A DNA stretch of 64,000 nucleotides from Phoronis australis (lineage: Eukaryota; Animalia; Phoronida): positions 1,444,714 to 1,508,713 of the forward strand of contig NMRA01000019.1 in assembly GCA_002633005.1 (NCBI GenBank). The letters are read 5' to 3'. Below the pieces are notes generated by a model. It was given only the letters and a program-made list of their open reading frames with translations. It searched no databases and was not told where the DNA came from. This document shows, one piece after another, positions 12,306-25,024 of the stretch (the stretch's first letter is position 1; each line of letters begins with the position of its first letter). A program made the position numbers and the translations under genes.

Positions 12306-12898
12306 CCCTTACAAAAATGAACTTAAGTTTTTCGCTGAAAACTTAAGTTTTTGGCGAAAAAACTTAAGTTTTTGGAAAATAACTTAAGTTTTAGAGGAAA
12401 AACTTAAGTTCTTCCGAAAAATTTAAGTTTTTAAAACTTAAGTTCTTCGCCAAAAACTTAAGTTTTTCAGCACAATGTTAAGTTTTTCAGAAAACTTAAG
12501 TTTTTCAGAAAACTTAAGTTTTTTCAGGTGTAAAACATAAGTTTTCCCAAATAAACTTAAGTTTCAAGTAATAACTTAAGTTTTCATGAAAACTTAAGTT
12601 TTTTGAACTAACAAAACTTAAGTTTTTCTGATAACTTAAGTTTATCACAAAACTTAAGTTTTTGTAATTTTAAAAACTTAAGTTTTCCTGACTTCTTAAG
12701 TTTTTCGAAAACTTTAGTTTTTCCAATTATAGAAACTTAAGTTTTCCTGACTTCTTAAGTTTTTCAGAAAACTGGATTTTTTCATGTGTGGAAAACTTGA
12801 ATTTTCTAAAAACACTAAGGTTTCTATGTGATGAAAATTTACGTTTTCTAGTTTTTAAAATTTGAATATAGTGAGATATTTTTTAATTTTTGGTTCAA
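12306..12898. mobile_element. Insertion built of AAAACTTAAGTTTT palindromic units (non-autonomous element, right end missing)
   Basis: About 20 copies of the AACTTAAGTT core, spaced roughly 17-24 bp apart. Starts CCCTTACAAAAA after ...GAAAATAA and ends at the single N at 12899. Confidence 0.75.
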
Positions 12899-13086
12899 NA
12901 TTGTGTCTCTTTGAATAAGACATCTCATTTGTTCGTTCTCTGTAGGCTGTCCCCGAACCCGGCCGGCGGAATAATCAACGACACTCTATGTCTTGAAAAT
13001 AATTTCCAAGCACAACCTCAGTCAGTGAGCTAACAATAACGTCACAGAACCCATAAAAACTTGTCAACTTACTGAGCCCGGCCGCT

Positions 13087-13144
13087 ATGGCTGAAGTCAT
13101 TTTTCCTCAGATTTGCCTGCAAATGTATTGGTTATCTCTTGTAG
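13087..13144 (+). CDS. Candidate first, signal-peptide-like exon (MAEVIFPQICLQMYWLSLV) of the ShKT-CAP gene
   Basis: GCTATGG start context, hydrophobic peptide, G|GTATGT phase-1 donor compatible with the downstream phase-1 exons. Linkage to them is inferred. Confidence 0.3.
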
Positions 13145-14208
13145 GTATGTGTATTGGCATTGAACAGCCTCAAACCTAATTGTGCATTGTTTTGGTCGTA
13201 ATTTTGCTCCTGTTACATAACTGTCGTTAGCTCAAGGAAAAGTCGTAAATAATGTGTCAATTGTAAGCCATAATATTACCATAAAATTAACACATCAAGG
13301 AGGCAAGATGGACCGGGACTTGCTGATTTGAGCACATTAGGAGTACCGGACAATGTCAAAGACATACATGACTCGTGGGTCAGACTTGCTGTTGAAGATT
13401 TGAAGTACAGGTTCATGTATGCCATATGGAAGTACCCTCGACAATCCTCTTTTTAAATCGAGCTCAATTTCGAAATTAAATTAGTACTTGCTAAACTATT
13501 TAGACTACGTCCCAAGATGCCATGTTTAGACTGCATGGGTATTACTCAAAGTAAGTCACTTTCAGTGGTGAAACCAAAAGTTAAAAAAATACCGTACGAG
13601 TTGCCGTTGGAGACACGTGGCACGCCCAGCCTAGCTCATGCCATAGGGGGACTTCTTTTAGACGGATGAGCAGAGCGTGGATTGTAATGTGAGTAAAATA
13701 GGTTACAAAGGGTCATAACGGGACGACTATCCACTGAACCTCAGAGTTTGACAGAGATGCATGTGACTCGATAATTCCGAAATCTGGCTTAGGCGGGAAA
13801 TTCATTGAAAAAAATTAACTTTGTACATAAAACAGGAGAACTGAACCGAAACTTGCGCAAATTGTATCGAATGAGCGTGCCTTTCAGTATTAAAACGTCA
13901 GTGAAACAATCGATGTTCGTACATGTACATGCATGTACTTAAATTTCTATACTCCGATGCCAGCAGAATCAAATAACCTTCGTGTGCTGTCCGGGATCGT
14001 CACATCTAATTGAACTGAATTTTAAAAGTTGCCAGACTTTGAAATTCTTAATTCACCAGAAGGCATGCACGATGATACTTGACGGGAAAACCCGCTATAT
14101 CAATAAATACATGTACGTAAAAAGAGTGGCAATTATTTCTCTCAATAAGTGATTAGAGAATTTCACAAGAACAGGAAGAGGGAGGCAATTGATTCAATCA
14201 TTGGGACC

Positions 14209-14358
14209 AGTTGTGGATGTAGAGGGGGGGGGGGGCATGACACCCCTATAAATTCTCCCAGATTCCATTTGGTAGTTCGGGGGAAATGTGTGACGCCCAA
14301 AATCCTGGTTGATTACTGTGCTCTTCCGCCCCAACTCGAAATCCTGGATCCGCTCCAG
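14209..14358 (+). mobile_element. CAGTGGCGG-type GC-rich MITE, degenerate
   Basis: Shares AAATTCTCCCAGATTCCATTTGG and AAATCCTGGATCCGC with the copies at 15602, 35601, 37259 and 55973. Confidence 0.65.
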
Positions 14359-14954
14359 TGGCTCCCCTTCTTGATCACCTCGTAAGACAGAAAGATATAA
14401 ATGAAAAAGTAGGAAAATGCCCACCAGCAAGCTCCCTCCAAAATATGTAAGGATGTATTACAAAACAGGTCGTGGACAATAATTGATGCTAGTAAACAGG
14501 ACCCCTCTCTGCCAGGCACCCATTAATTTGTATCAAGTGAAGAAATATTATCAAAAAGTTACAACAAGAGGTGTCCCTGTTATCCCTTCCGTTACAGCTA
14601 ATGGTTGAAAAATATTTGCATTGCAACGATTATTATGTTATTTTCTTCAACTTTACCATATTATTCCTAATGTTATGGTTTCCTGTGGTGCTGCAGTTTG
14701 ACATCATATTGCGGCCTCTTGTCTCTTTTCGGTTTCAAAACCTGGTATCGCCGCGCTGGTGAAAGGAAATGGGTTTGAGTTAGAGGAATTGTGTTTTCCG
14801 TTAGCCTTGTCCAAAAAAACAATCAATCCGTACTAACTCCGACAATTAGACGGGCAAAGACAGACACGTAATTTTACGTTGTTCGTGTTTTTTTAAACGA
14901 GCCCTACTGCAATTTGACAGTTCCTTGTTTCGGTAAAACGTTCAAGTGAACATA

Positions 14955-15210
14955 AAATCTTATGCACTAGCACCATAGAACCATACACACGAGCAGCGCA
15001 GCTTACGCACGAAGTACATGTATCTAAGAACCTATGAACCATGCATACAAACTCATGAATCTTGCAAACGAAAGTAAAATCACGCATGCAAAAAAAAATC
15101 GTGCACGAATCACAAAAAATATACATGCGAGTTAAGTCGTACACACGAGCATCGAATCACACGCACGAACAGTTGGTTCGTGCGTATGATTCTGATGCTC
15201 GTGACTATGA
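14955..15210. repeat. Degenerate array of TCGTGCACGA/GCACGA-like motifs
   Basis: Recurrent gcacga, acacga, tcgtgc and catgca words; probably an old MITE interior. Confidence 0.45.
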
Positions 15211-15601
15211 TTTTATGGTACCCCTGTTATGTGATTACGAAAGTTGAGCACTCTCAGCAGTAGCGTTGCTTCTTTTTCAGTTTCAAGCGCAGTTGAAGGT
15301 ACGTATTTTAGCTAAAGAACTCGTTTTATCTGCTATCAGGTTTCATGAATACGAAGCCAAGTGGTCGGAGAGTTGCTATAAAACATGTTTTGGTATCAAA
15401 AACAACAATCTTCAAAGGCATTCAATGCATTTGTGCTCTTTTTCTCAAAACCGCACCGTCGCGCTATTATTCTTTGTTTTCTTTGTTTTTTTGAAGTTAG
15501 TCTAGTTATCACGGGCAAAATACACCTTGTCTGAATTGGGCCCACGCAATCCCCAAATCTTGACATCGCCTACGGAATGATGTTGAAAGTTATACATGTA
15601 A

Positions 15602-15921
15602 CAGTGGCAGATTTAGGGGGTGGGTTTGGGGGCCAAGGGGGTCTGCCCCCCCTAAAATTTTCCCAGATACCATTTGGGAGTTCGGTGTGCGAAATACTGA
15701 GTAGCATATGCGCACCCAGGGGGTTCCGGGGGCGAATGCACAATGCACAGGCCTTGAACAAACGCCGTTTACTGTTTCTTTTTTTGGTAATATGGACCAC
15801 AAACCCAAACATTCGAGGCCCCTGCATCCCTACATTTTAGGCTGAGCGCACGCATGTGGCGAAATTCTCGTTATTCTTGTTCCCTGGCTCTTCTTAACCC
15901 AAAATCTTGGGTCCGCCCTCG
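15602..15921 (+). mobile_element. CAGTGGC-type MITE with 5-bp TSD TGTAA (hAT5-like)
   Basis: TGTAA at 15597-15601 and 15922-15926. Ends CAGTGGCAGATTTAGGGGG ... GGGTCCGCCCTCG. Confidence 0.7.
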
Positions 15922-17499
15922 TGTAACTAGATTAGATATTCGCCGTGACGATTGAAAACGATCTGAAATGAAACAACCGTCGCACACTGAACACCGATGT
16001 TCCAATGATAGAAATGCTTGGTACTGCAACCTATTTTGTAGTCGGCTGGATGGGACGCGCGCGAATGCATGACACAGATTCCGAAATGGACCGCTGGCTT
16101 GCTGATTATATGTGCATGTAGGCTGAGGTTTAGGATAACGTTATGGTCTTCCTTTTAATTTTGCCAATTCCAAGGACTCGAGGCTTTTGTGCCATTTGTT
16201 CCTCGACGTCAACGAATCCCGTTTGCGTTCACTTTTTATCAGCAAAATCACTTCAACTATCATTGCGTGCACCGTTCTAATTACGAGAGTGGTCATTTGC
16301 TAATACAAGACCTTCCACGCACCGAAACCTACTAAGTTACAATGACATTTTTTCACGAAACGCACACGTTGTGTTCCTTCATTCCTTTAGCCACCAATGG
16401 AATGTCGGCTTATTACGGACTTTCAACCACGAAATGTGACTATAAACAACCAAAACGTTCGAGTTTCTGCTCGATCACTTAATGCTATTGCTCCACATCG
16501 TCGGCCAAAGCAAACTCACTAGAGTTGACCGTAGTGGAGGGTATGCTTTCGCTATATTAAACCTTGAAGACAATACTACAGTTTGTCATGGGGCGGTGAA
16601 AACTCCCTGGCATCAATGATCGTGATTGTTGAGTGGAATTGTCGGTTTTAGAATCTTGCCAACTTCGCCGAACAAAGTGAGTTACACTTGCTTCCAGTCA
16701 AAGTAAATCCAGAGTGTAATTAGCGTAATTAATCAGAAAACCAACTTTAATTAAACATCTCAAATTTTCAGAAGCATTCAATGGGAGAATTTTTGGGGGG
16801 TTTCTGTCGGTCTCACGCCTGCGTCTTTGGGTTGAGGATGGGGTTGAGACCGACTGACACAGATGCCTGTGCCATGCACTGAATGCATTGTGTATGGTCC
16901 TCAAACGTTTGAGCCACCTCAATTTTGTTGTTACAACGTACATGTATTCATTTTTGTGTTTCTGGCGCACCGTTTACAAAACATAAGTGTATTTTTGTCA
17001 AACGTAATTCGGTGCTCACACTATCCGTTAGTGCGAATATCGATGATTACCTGGCTGTACAAATGCGACCCTGGGATGGACCTTGAAAATTATTGGTTAA
17101 TACTTATACCATCAACAACGTTTTAAATGCGCTTCTAAATCGAGCACGGGTGGTTCTCATGAAGAAAATGAGTTTGTGATAATGCTTGATGATTTGTGAA
17201 TGACGCAATAGCAGCGTTTTTATCGAATCTAAACCATATCCGTCGAGACTTTTAGATTTAAATTCTTCTTTCCCTACGTTAATGGAAAACAGATTTTCTT
17301 GTTTATTCTACGCAATTATAACTAAAGATGGTGGAAGGAACCTTAAACCCGTGAATCTGGCGGTATGGAATGCAGTAGCGGTTTGAATGAATACAGCGTA
17401 CGTGCCTGTTTTGGCTTACAGAGTAAATGCCAAAAATCAAGTGCACCCCCCGTATTCAAATCTATGGAATAAATAACAAGAGAACAATAGTTTTGTAAT

Positions 17500-20400
17500 G
17501 GGGCTATTCGGAGAATTCTCCTCGCGGTGTCGCTGCTGTACTAGTGGTGATTAAATTGCGCATGCGTGGCTGTCTGCATGTAAACAACTGGTAAAAGATG
17601 GAATTTTTATCAAAATACGTCGTCGCGCCAAGCCTTATTACTGCTAATTTCCCTGGTGCAAGTCTTCGACAGGTGGCCACAAATTCCCAAAAGACCTAAG
17701 GTTACTATATTCGTGGACAATTGTTGTCAACAGGGTCAACTAACTGACAAAAAGTGTGTGGATGCTGAAGCCCCGTGTGTGCTCTATGTCTATGACTATG
17801 CAGTTCCATTCGGAGACTACACAACATTACTTGGTAAGTTTTTAGCAATCAGTTTCTATCAACATCGTTCGGTGATGTTATCCCCACCAGTTACCCCACT
17901 GAATAACAGTTTTATTGAGTGGAACTAAGTGTTTCTTTTTGGAAACTCACCCGATGCCGGGTAGGCTAGCAGCACATATTCATATTGTCCTGGGTGGGAG
18001 TGCTCCCAAAATAAGAGGTGTATGGTACGTGATGCACAGAAGTCAAGAGTGACTTTTTCACAGCAGTTTCTCTTCAAAACTATGCTGTTTCCAATAAAAT
18101 TCTCTAGATGAGTGAGTTTCCTTATTTTATCGTGGACCCCACCCCCAGGACCACCAGCTCAGTTATCGAATTAACATGAATAAGCCTTAATTCAGTAAAT
18201 GTCGTAACATTGCATTGGAAAAAAATTGACACCTAGAATGAATTTTACTTGTTGAGATCAGAAGCACATTTTAAGTGTCATGAAAAATACACATTGTTAA
18301 ATCACTTTTAGCCTGTTTCACATATTTTAATTCAGATATTAAATAAGACTTGGGTACAAAGGTTATTAGTTTCTACACATAAACATGAAGATGAAATGTC
18401 AAGTATGTTCTGCCTTACAAAAGTAGTTTTGTCTTGTCTTTTCTTTTACAATTTGCTAATATTTCTATTCTGTTACAGGCAAGAAAAAACAACTGAAACC
18501 AACCGCCTGACCATCTATTTCACCGTTGGACAAAGTGAAAAGCAATCCTTCAGCAATAACCTGAGAGAATTGAACGTAATTCAGTAATTCAGCACCTGAT
18601 ATGCCTGATTATGGACTCCCTCGCAATGTTGTTTCTTTCTGTGCTTTTTCAGTTTGCCATTTGTTTTTAAATACACTGATAATTGTTTATTCTCGAATCT
18701 TGTGCATAGCAGCTAGCTACAATTGAAAACATACAATAAGACAATCGATGCAGTCACTGAATGTCATTTCCCCATAATCTGTACCAAATTGAAAAGTTTT
18801 TACCAATAGTATAAAGCCTTTCTTCTGAAAGGAAAATTTAATGTCACTCAGCTTTTGGCTTTCATTTCACTGGGTTCTAGTTTCAATGGCCTATAGAAGC
18901 GCTTGTAAAAAAGGTCCAGTTTCAACACGTGGCTTTCTTTCATGTAACCTCATTCAGCCTCAATAACATCCACAATTAGACCCTTGAAGGTAAACACAGC
19001 AGCATATCACTTGAATCGTTTTGAGCCCAAAATCAGACTCTGAACTAGACCAGAGTGTGACTAGGTCTTCTTTAGCTTCAGTCCCTCATGTTTCTTCCAG
19101 GAAAGGAAATAAGCTATTGTCCACACATGACTCATTGCCTATGAAAGGGCATCCTCACCAACAAGGCTTATTTGTGTAGCAGTCAGATATAGTTCGTCTG
19201 GATACACAGACACTCCACTGGCACATTGTCTTATGGTAACTTAGTACTGCGATTCACATTTCTCCAGGGCCACTGACTTGCACATTGTGCCATGCAGCAC
19301 TGCTGGTGTGTGGAAGTGCTGTGGGAAGAGAACGGAGTAACAAAGCTTGTCTATGATACAGCTTGAAGTGGCCTTAAAATGTCACTGAACCTGGAACAAA
19401 TATTGAAATATGAATAATTAAGTACTCCAGATTGGATCAAAAATGTTATCCCTGTTTTTCAAAAATATATGGTGATTGGTCTACAGTTTCACATAAAAGT
19501 AAATAATTACTATTTTCAGAAACCAAGGGTGTATATAATGAGTATTGCATAAAACTGTGTCTTTATTTTTTATCCCTAGCCATAACAATTCTTTAAACGC
19601 ATCACTTGTCTGTAAAATATACAAGTTTTTTGAGACAACTTCAAACCTTTGTTACCCATTTTCAAGCCTTTTTAATTTTGATACTTTCAGCAATTTTAAA
19701 CTCAGATTACAGGTTCATAGGTCTGTCAAGCATACTTCTAGCCTAAGGTTGAGGGAACCGTTTTTCTTCTAATAGAAGATATGAAGACTTGGGTCATTTA
19801 AAAAGGATGGATAATCTTTCTGTTGTTTAAGAGTAATTACAAATCGTAAGGCACCACCAAAAATGCAATTTTCACAAAAATGGCAGTCATTTGAATTTAT
19901 AACGACTTGCAACAATTCAAGGCATGAGTTAAGACTATTCAGTCACTGTGAATTCGGAAAATGTAATATATTTTCGTGGTTTTACAATTGATACAAGTAG
20001 CAAAACAGCATATCTCCTCTGCACGGTACAAGCCTTCAAACCTAAAAACCAAAGGTTACGTGAAAACTGACGTGATAGATTTCCATTTCAACGTGTAACA
20101 GATTGCCAGAAGACATATGATAGGGAGTAAACAAATAGTCTAATGCAATGGATATTTATCACTCACGTACCCTTTGCCATTGGGATTGGATTGTAATCTT
20201 AACTCATTAACCTGTATCGAGTTGACAGCATAAACATTCAGCATTGATTGATGTAACTATCACTGATAAACTTTTAGAAATCATTCCAAACAATAATAAT
20301 GCTTTGATGTACGAAAGATCCCGATTGCTACGTCAAGTATCGTATCACATATCACAACATTCAAAGATTAACCAGACTCTGGCTGGCCACTGACTGCCGC

Positions 20401-20669
20401 GAAGTCGACATCGGCGAGTGCCTCAGTTAACAGGCATCGGTAGAATAATCATGGAATAATCGTAAAAATAATCACAAACCTTACCTTTGTATGAGGTCGT
20501 GCTTACTTCCTCTCATAGAAGCACCCTTTTTACGCAATCTCAGATTCAGTTGGCACGGCTGCAAGCCATTTCACCATGTATTTAAAGGGCTCGCGAAATC
20601 GAGGCTGGTAATCTATCACCACTAGTACACGCACGCCCTCTAGTTATTGTAGATTTTCCGAATAGCCCC
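17500..20669 (+). mobile_element. ISL2EU-like (PIF/Harbinger-related) non-autonomous DNA transposon, copy 1
   Basis: TIR GGGGCTATTCGGA / TCCGAATAGCCCC with AT on both sides and subterminal TGTACTAGTGGTGA at both ends. Carries minus-strand SAP-like and SWIM-like relics; second copy at 44961-48429. Confidence 0.8.
19100..20580 (-). pseudogene. Decayed spliced SAP/SWIM-type accessory ORF inside the transposon
   Basis: Exon ~20485-20580 'QLNLRLRKKGASMRGSKHDLIQR|gtaagg' (SAP-like); exon ~20167-20211 'RLMS*DYNP'; region ~19150-19390 with frameshifted 'AQC/CKSVALEKC' and 'YTNKPCW'. Confidence 0.5.
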
Positions 20670-20998
20670 ATTAAATCAACAGATCCAACTACTTTTTATT
20701 ATCTAACTTCGTTTTGTATGTGATTCACCAAAGTTGTCACTGATTCCAATGTACAGTAGAAAGGTACATAGAAAGCCATGCAGTCGAGGAAATGGTGGGT
20801 GAGCAGGCCATAGTTTGGCAAAATTGAATGAGTTCGTTTTGCTCCTTCGGGCCCAACGACTAAAATTGGCGCTATCTTCCGCCAGTGTTTGAAATAGTGA
20901 ATCACAGCTACCGAGTGTAAAGTGTATAATGTTTGTGTCTAAATTCTTATTAAACAAATGAATTGTGCATCTGATGATATGCTGCTGACGCTCTCCAG

Positions 20999-21130
20999 CA
21001 CTGCGACGGTGTGAAGATAAATTGAACTGTGAAAGTTATAATGCCAATTTTGAAACTATCTGCACCGAGTACAAAGAATGGGCAAGTGTTAACTGTGAAA
21101 AATATTATGGCATGTGTAAAACACCGACAG
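20999..21130 (+). pseudogene. ShKT-like exon 1, probably inactivated (LRRCEDKLNCESYNANFETICTEYKEWASVNCEKYYGMCKTPT)
   Basis: CTCTCCAG acceptor, 132 nt. Five of six ShK cysteines (fifth is TAT). The donor position reads ACAG|TTAAAG instead of ACAG|GT. Confidence 0.65.
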
Positions 21131-21479
21131 TTAAAGTATCGGGGTACAGAAATAATTCTTCGGCCGCGCCTCTAAATTCCTGCTGCAATCTCGTAAACTG
21201 CTGTCATTGATCACAACGGCAAACCAGCGTGACGTTTAAGTATACTTTAAAAAGTACACTCTCAAAGTTCCTTATTGAGCAGTAAATATTCCATGTACAC
21301 CGGTGACTTAAATCCAAACCCGTTAAATAAACTGACCAGTACCGAACCACTTTTGCGGGTTTGGTGACTTCTAATGCGGGACTAGGGTTTAGGGATCGCA
21401 GTTGGAATGGCGTGGTCACAGTATTCATTCGTTGAGTATGATGATCACATCGGAAAACCAATGATTAACACGGGAATTT

Positions 21480-22095
21480 CTTTTAACTGTGGGAGTTGGT
21501 GTGGATCCTGGTGGTTGTGAATTAGTGAGGGTGATGTTGGGGAGTTTGTGGATTGCTGTGGTGATTGTGGGGTGTTGTTAACTTTGTAGGGTGTTATGGT
21601 GTTTGTGGGGTTTTGTGGCACTTGGCGTTCATTAATTAATCCTTGCTAACTTCATGCAAATGTGTGCTCTGAATACCGTTTTCACTTGAACATGTACACT
21701 ACTTTGTAAATATCTATTAGTATCACATAGACCAAGTAAATACTGAAAATTTTATAGTTATGCAGCTCTTGTTTTGCATGGACTAGCCATGGGCTAATAT
21801 TCACCGTTCGTGAGCATAAATAGTTGAGGTAGAAATTGGCATCAGCGACACTGAACACTTTCCGTTGTGATGTGGCTTTTGTTTTGCTGTGTATAGTGTT
21901 GTCACCATCTGGGGAAAGTGTATCAAGATTCATTTCAGAACTGTGCGTGGATTCTGGTAGTGTTGTGGCGATTGTGGGGAAATTTGTTTTAGAGTGTATT
22001 GAGGGGTTGTTGCGAACTTTGTACGGTGTTGTGAAGTCTTTAGGGTTGTGGTGACCATGTATCATTTCTGTGTCTGGTCTTGAGAACCGCCTCCC
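21480..22095 (-). mobile_element. Degenerate GT-rich repeat element in the ShKT gene intron
   Basis: Two related TTGTGG-rich blocks (21487-21620 and 21940-22055) and an end-like GAGAACCGCC at about 22082-22091. Confidence 0.45.
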
Positions 22096-22431
22096 TATCA
22101 ACGAAGTCCCAATTGCCATAGTCACCATCAAAATTGACAGGTGTGTTCCCACTGGCGAAAAAATAATTACCGACATTATCGTTCGGTCAGATGTACATGT
22201 ATTATGAAACCTTGTCGCAATTTTTATTGGCGTCTGTCAGTGACACAGTACTACCTGGAGAGGATTGCTATTTCCTTGATAACGTAGCCTCAGAAAACAG
22301 ACATCCATGGCTCTTGATAGTTCTTGGTAATTTTAGCTATTTAATATTGATGGTGATATACTTTTATTAATTGGCACAGCCAACTCCGATGATGATGTTT
22401 GATTTCACCAATTGATGGCAGTGTTTTCCAG

Positions 22432-22560
22432 AAAAAGAAACTTGTGTAGATAGATCTAATGTCTGTGCTGGTTACGGGAGAGATGTGTGCACTAAATACA
22501 GCCGGTGGGCAAGTGTCATGTGTAGAGCATATTGCGGCTTATGTGAAGAACCGTTGACAG
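22432..22560 (+). CDS. ShKT-like domain exon (KETCVDRSNVCAGYGRDVCTKYSRWASVMCRAYCGLCEEPLT)
   Basis: TTTTCCAG acceptor, G|GTAAAT donor, 129 nt, phase 1/1. Six Cys with CxD start, WA motif and CxxxCxxC end. Confidence 0.85.
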
Positions 22561-23565
22561 GTAAATTGGTGCCTCACAACTGTTTTTACAACAGAATGTG
22601 ACCGCTTTCTTCGTTAAATGTTTGCATGTGTTTGCTAAATGCCTGTGCTGATAGTTAATTGTGTGCCTGCTGTTTTGTGGTGTTTCGCCTTAGTAGGGCT
22701 AATATGTTCCTGTGGTCGTGATATACGATGATTTTGCGGCACCAATATTACCCATTTAACGTCAGTCTCTACGCCAGGAAGGAATTGTGTGGAATAATTA
22801 GAAAATAGTTTCGTAATCACAAGAATGTCGCTAAGGAAGCGAGTGTGATCATATGCTTCTTTTGTAATGTATTTGACAATGTATTCAGTATATTCTAGTG
22901 TTTTCGCGAGATTTTTGCATCTACTGAACGCCCGCTATGACTCAGTCAACACCCAACGACTGGTACGAACTCAAAAATAGTCTTTCTCCATTGTATACTT
23001 TACTGTAAAGTCTTAGGAAGTTATTCTCTAGTAAAATGTACATTGCGATTCACGTTCAGTTAACGGTTCCCATTCAATAATCAAAACATCAAAGCCTGAA
23101 CATGAGTTGGTACGTTTAGTCTTGCTGTCATTTTTTACTTCCCTCCCTACTAATTCACTCAAGTATCAAATCCATACCAGTAATCCAGCTAAAATCAACT
23201 GGATATGTTAAGAAGTAAATAAGCATGGTGGGACGCCCTTGAGTAAGTAGGAGCAGTATAATTTACAAGACAAGTTCCTTATATAAAACGAAACACGTTC
23301 AACGTGAGTATTTAATCCTTCAGCCACAAATAGGTACATGTAGTGTGGGACTCGGAGGAGAGAGTTTCCTCGATAACTACATGTAGAAATCCAAACTGAA
23401 TTGCCAAGTCAATTCGAATACCAATTAAGCTTTACCAGTTTTACCCGATGTGAACTGCTCGATTGCTGTTAAGGGCCATTCCAGTGTATAGTCAGTTAGT
23501 TCAATACTTAGACCTAAATCTTACACGAAATATCTAAGGAATTGAGAAGCAAACTGACTCGTGCA

Positions 23566-23826
23566 CATTGCGCGCATCCAGGGGTGCTCGGAGGGCTCGA
23601 ACGAGCCCCCCATTTGGCGAAGTGGGCAAAAAGGTCCGCCTCAGAGAAACACAAAGTCCCAGATTTAAACGAGACAAAATTCCTCTAAAAAGACGCAGAT
23701 GCACAGTTCACAGCTCTAAAGGTGGTAACCCTTTTTATTTTTTATTCCTCCCGAATATTTGTCAGCAAACGGTCCTCATCGACAGAAAATTCGAGTCCCC
23801 CATTTTCAAGGCTAGTGGTGCGCATG
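23566..23826 (+). mobile_element. CATGGGCGCA-type MITE, same family as 61401-61662
   Basis: TTTGGCGAA(G/T)TGGGCAAAAAGGTCCGCC shared with the reverse complement of the 61.6-kb copy. Flanks GTGCA / GTACA. Confidence 0.65.
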
Positions 23827-24131
23827 GTACAGGTACATGTACCATGGGCTCCGGAGCTTTTACCACGAATCAAAACTTGTATCACCATCCACCAAGTGTT
23901 GCAACGCACTGTGAAAACGATGTAGCATGGGTACAAATGAATCGAAAAACACAAAAAATACGTACGTGTAGTACTTACAGTACCACGTAATACTATAAAT
24001 ATGGCAAACGAAACCTTCAGGACTGGGAAGTGAAACAAAGTTTCTACAGACAACACATAATTAAAAGCCAGTCCATATGTTTGCCTCAAGTCATAATTGA
24101 TCACGTAGTACACACTAATGACATTTTACAG

Positions 24132-24266
24132 CACTTCCATCGTGTGTGAACAAGGCCAGAAACTGTGCAGATTACCTAGTCGATGTATGTGCTAAGAATA
24201 AACAGTGGGCGAGACTCAACTGTGAAGTTTATTGTGGGTTTTGTAAAGGGACGTCGACAACGACAG
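24132..24266 (+). CDS. ShKT-like domain exon (LPSCVNKARNCADYLVDVCAKNKQWARLNCEVYCGFCKGTSTTT)
   Basis: TTTTACAG acceptor, G|GTCGGT donor, 135 nt, phase 1/1, complete six-Cys pattern. Confidence 0.85.
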
Positions 24267-25024
24267 GTCGGTGTGAGACAATCGCATGGAGCACAGCTGG
24301 TCACGAATTTTGGTCCCACCGGTAAGCAACGATCTAGTCGTCGACCCGTAATCCAGCCCAATCCTCCCAGACAAGCAAGTTGCTGCTACTCATAAACTCG
24401 ATCTCCACTGCGGTGTTTATATGGGTCGGAATTCCGGATGCCCATGCTCAGTGGCTTATATTGCCCCAGCATGATACAACTTTTTATCAATACAGTTAAA
24501 CAGATAAAAGTATAAGAAAATAGTAGCAGGGCAATAAGTATTTTTAACGAGAACCAGGGCGTGTATTGAATTCGGCAGTGCAGCCCGGTTATGCGCAGTA
24601 ACCGGTTTACTCAGTAAACACGAGAAGATTAGTTGACCATTTTTCGACGACCGATTGCCACCTTGTTTCCGGAACGTCGGATAAAGTTTCGTGACCTGTA
24701 CTGTGCGGTAATAGGAGGACTCCTGTGAATGATCGTTACATAGGCGTGATGCGAAAAACACGAGTCGGCTTAAAGTGCGAAAGCTTGATTATCGTTTAAT
24801 ATTATCTTCTACATGCAGCATAGCAAGTATCCAGCGACGGTATCAATTAAGATACTTATATATCATTGTAAAAGCAGACGCCCTTGGTCGAGAAAGTAAT
24901 TGCTTTTAAGAGAACCTTTGTTAAAAAGGAAACAGACTTGTTCAGTGCCCATTATGTGAAACTCATTCATTTCTTTGACTTCTTTGTCTCCATGTTACTG
25001 CACTTATTTTGTTTGGCATTACAG

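Noticed and set aside
16863-16940. Cys-rich ORF start (MPVPCTECIVYGPQ) as an ShKT exon
   Set aside because: Spacing does not fit the six-Cys pattern and there is no WA motif or donor.
21682-22176. 164-aa Thr/Pro-rich ORF
   Set aside because: Arises from the CA-rich strand of a repeat element inside an intron on the opposite strand.
23860-23975. Fourth ShKT exon ('ATHCENDVAWVQMNRKTQKIRTC')
   Set aside because: Only two cysteines in plausible positions and no convincing splice sites.
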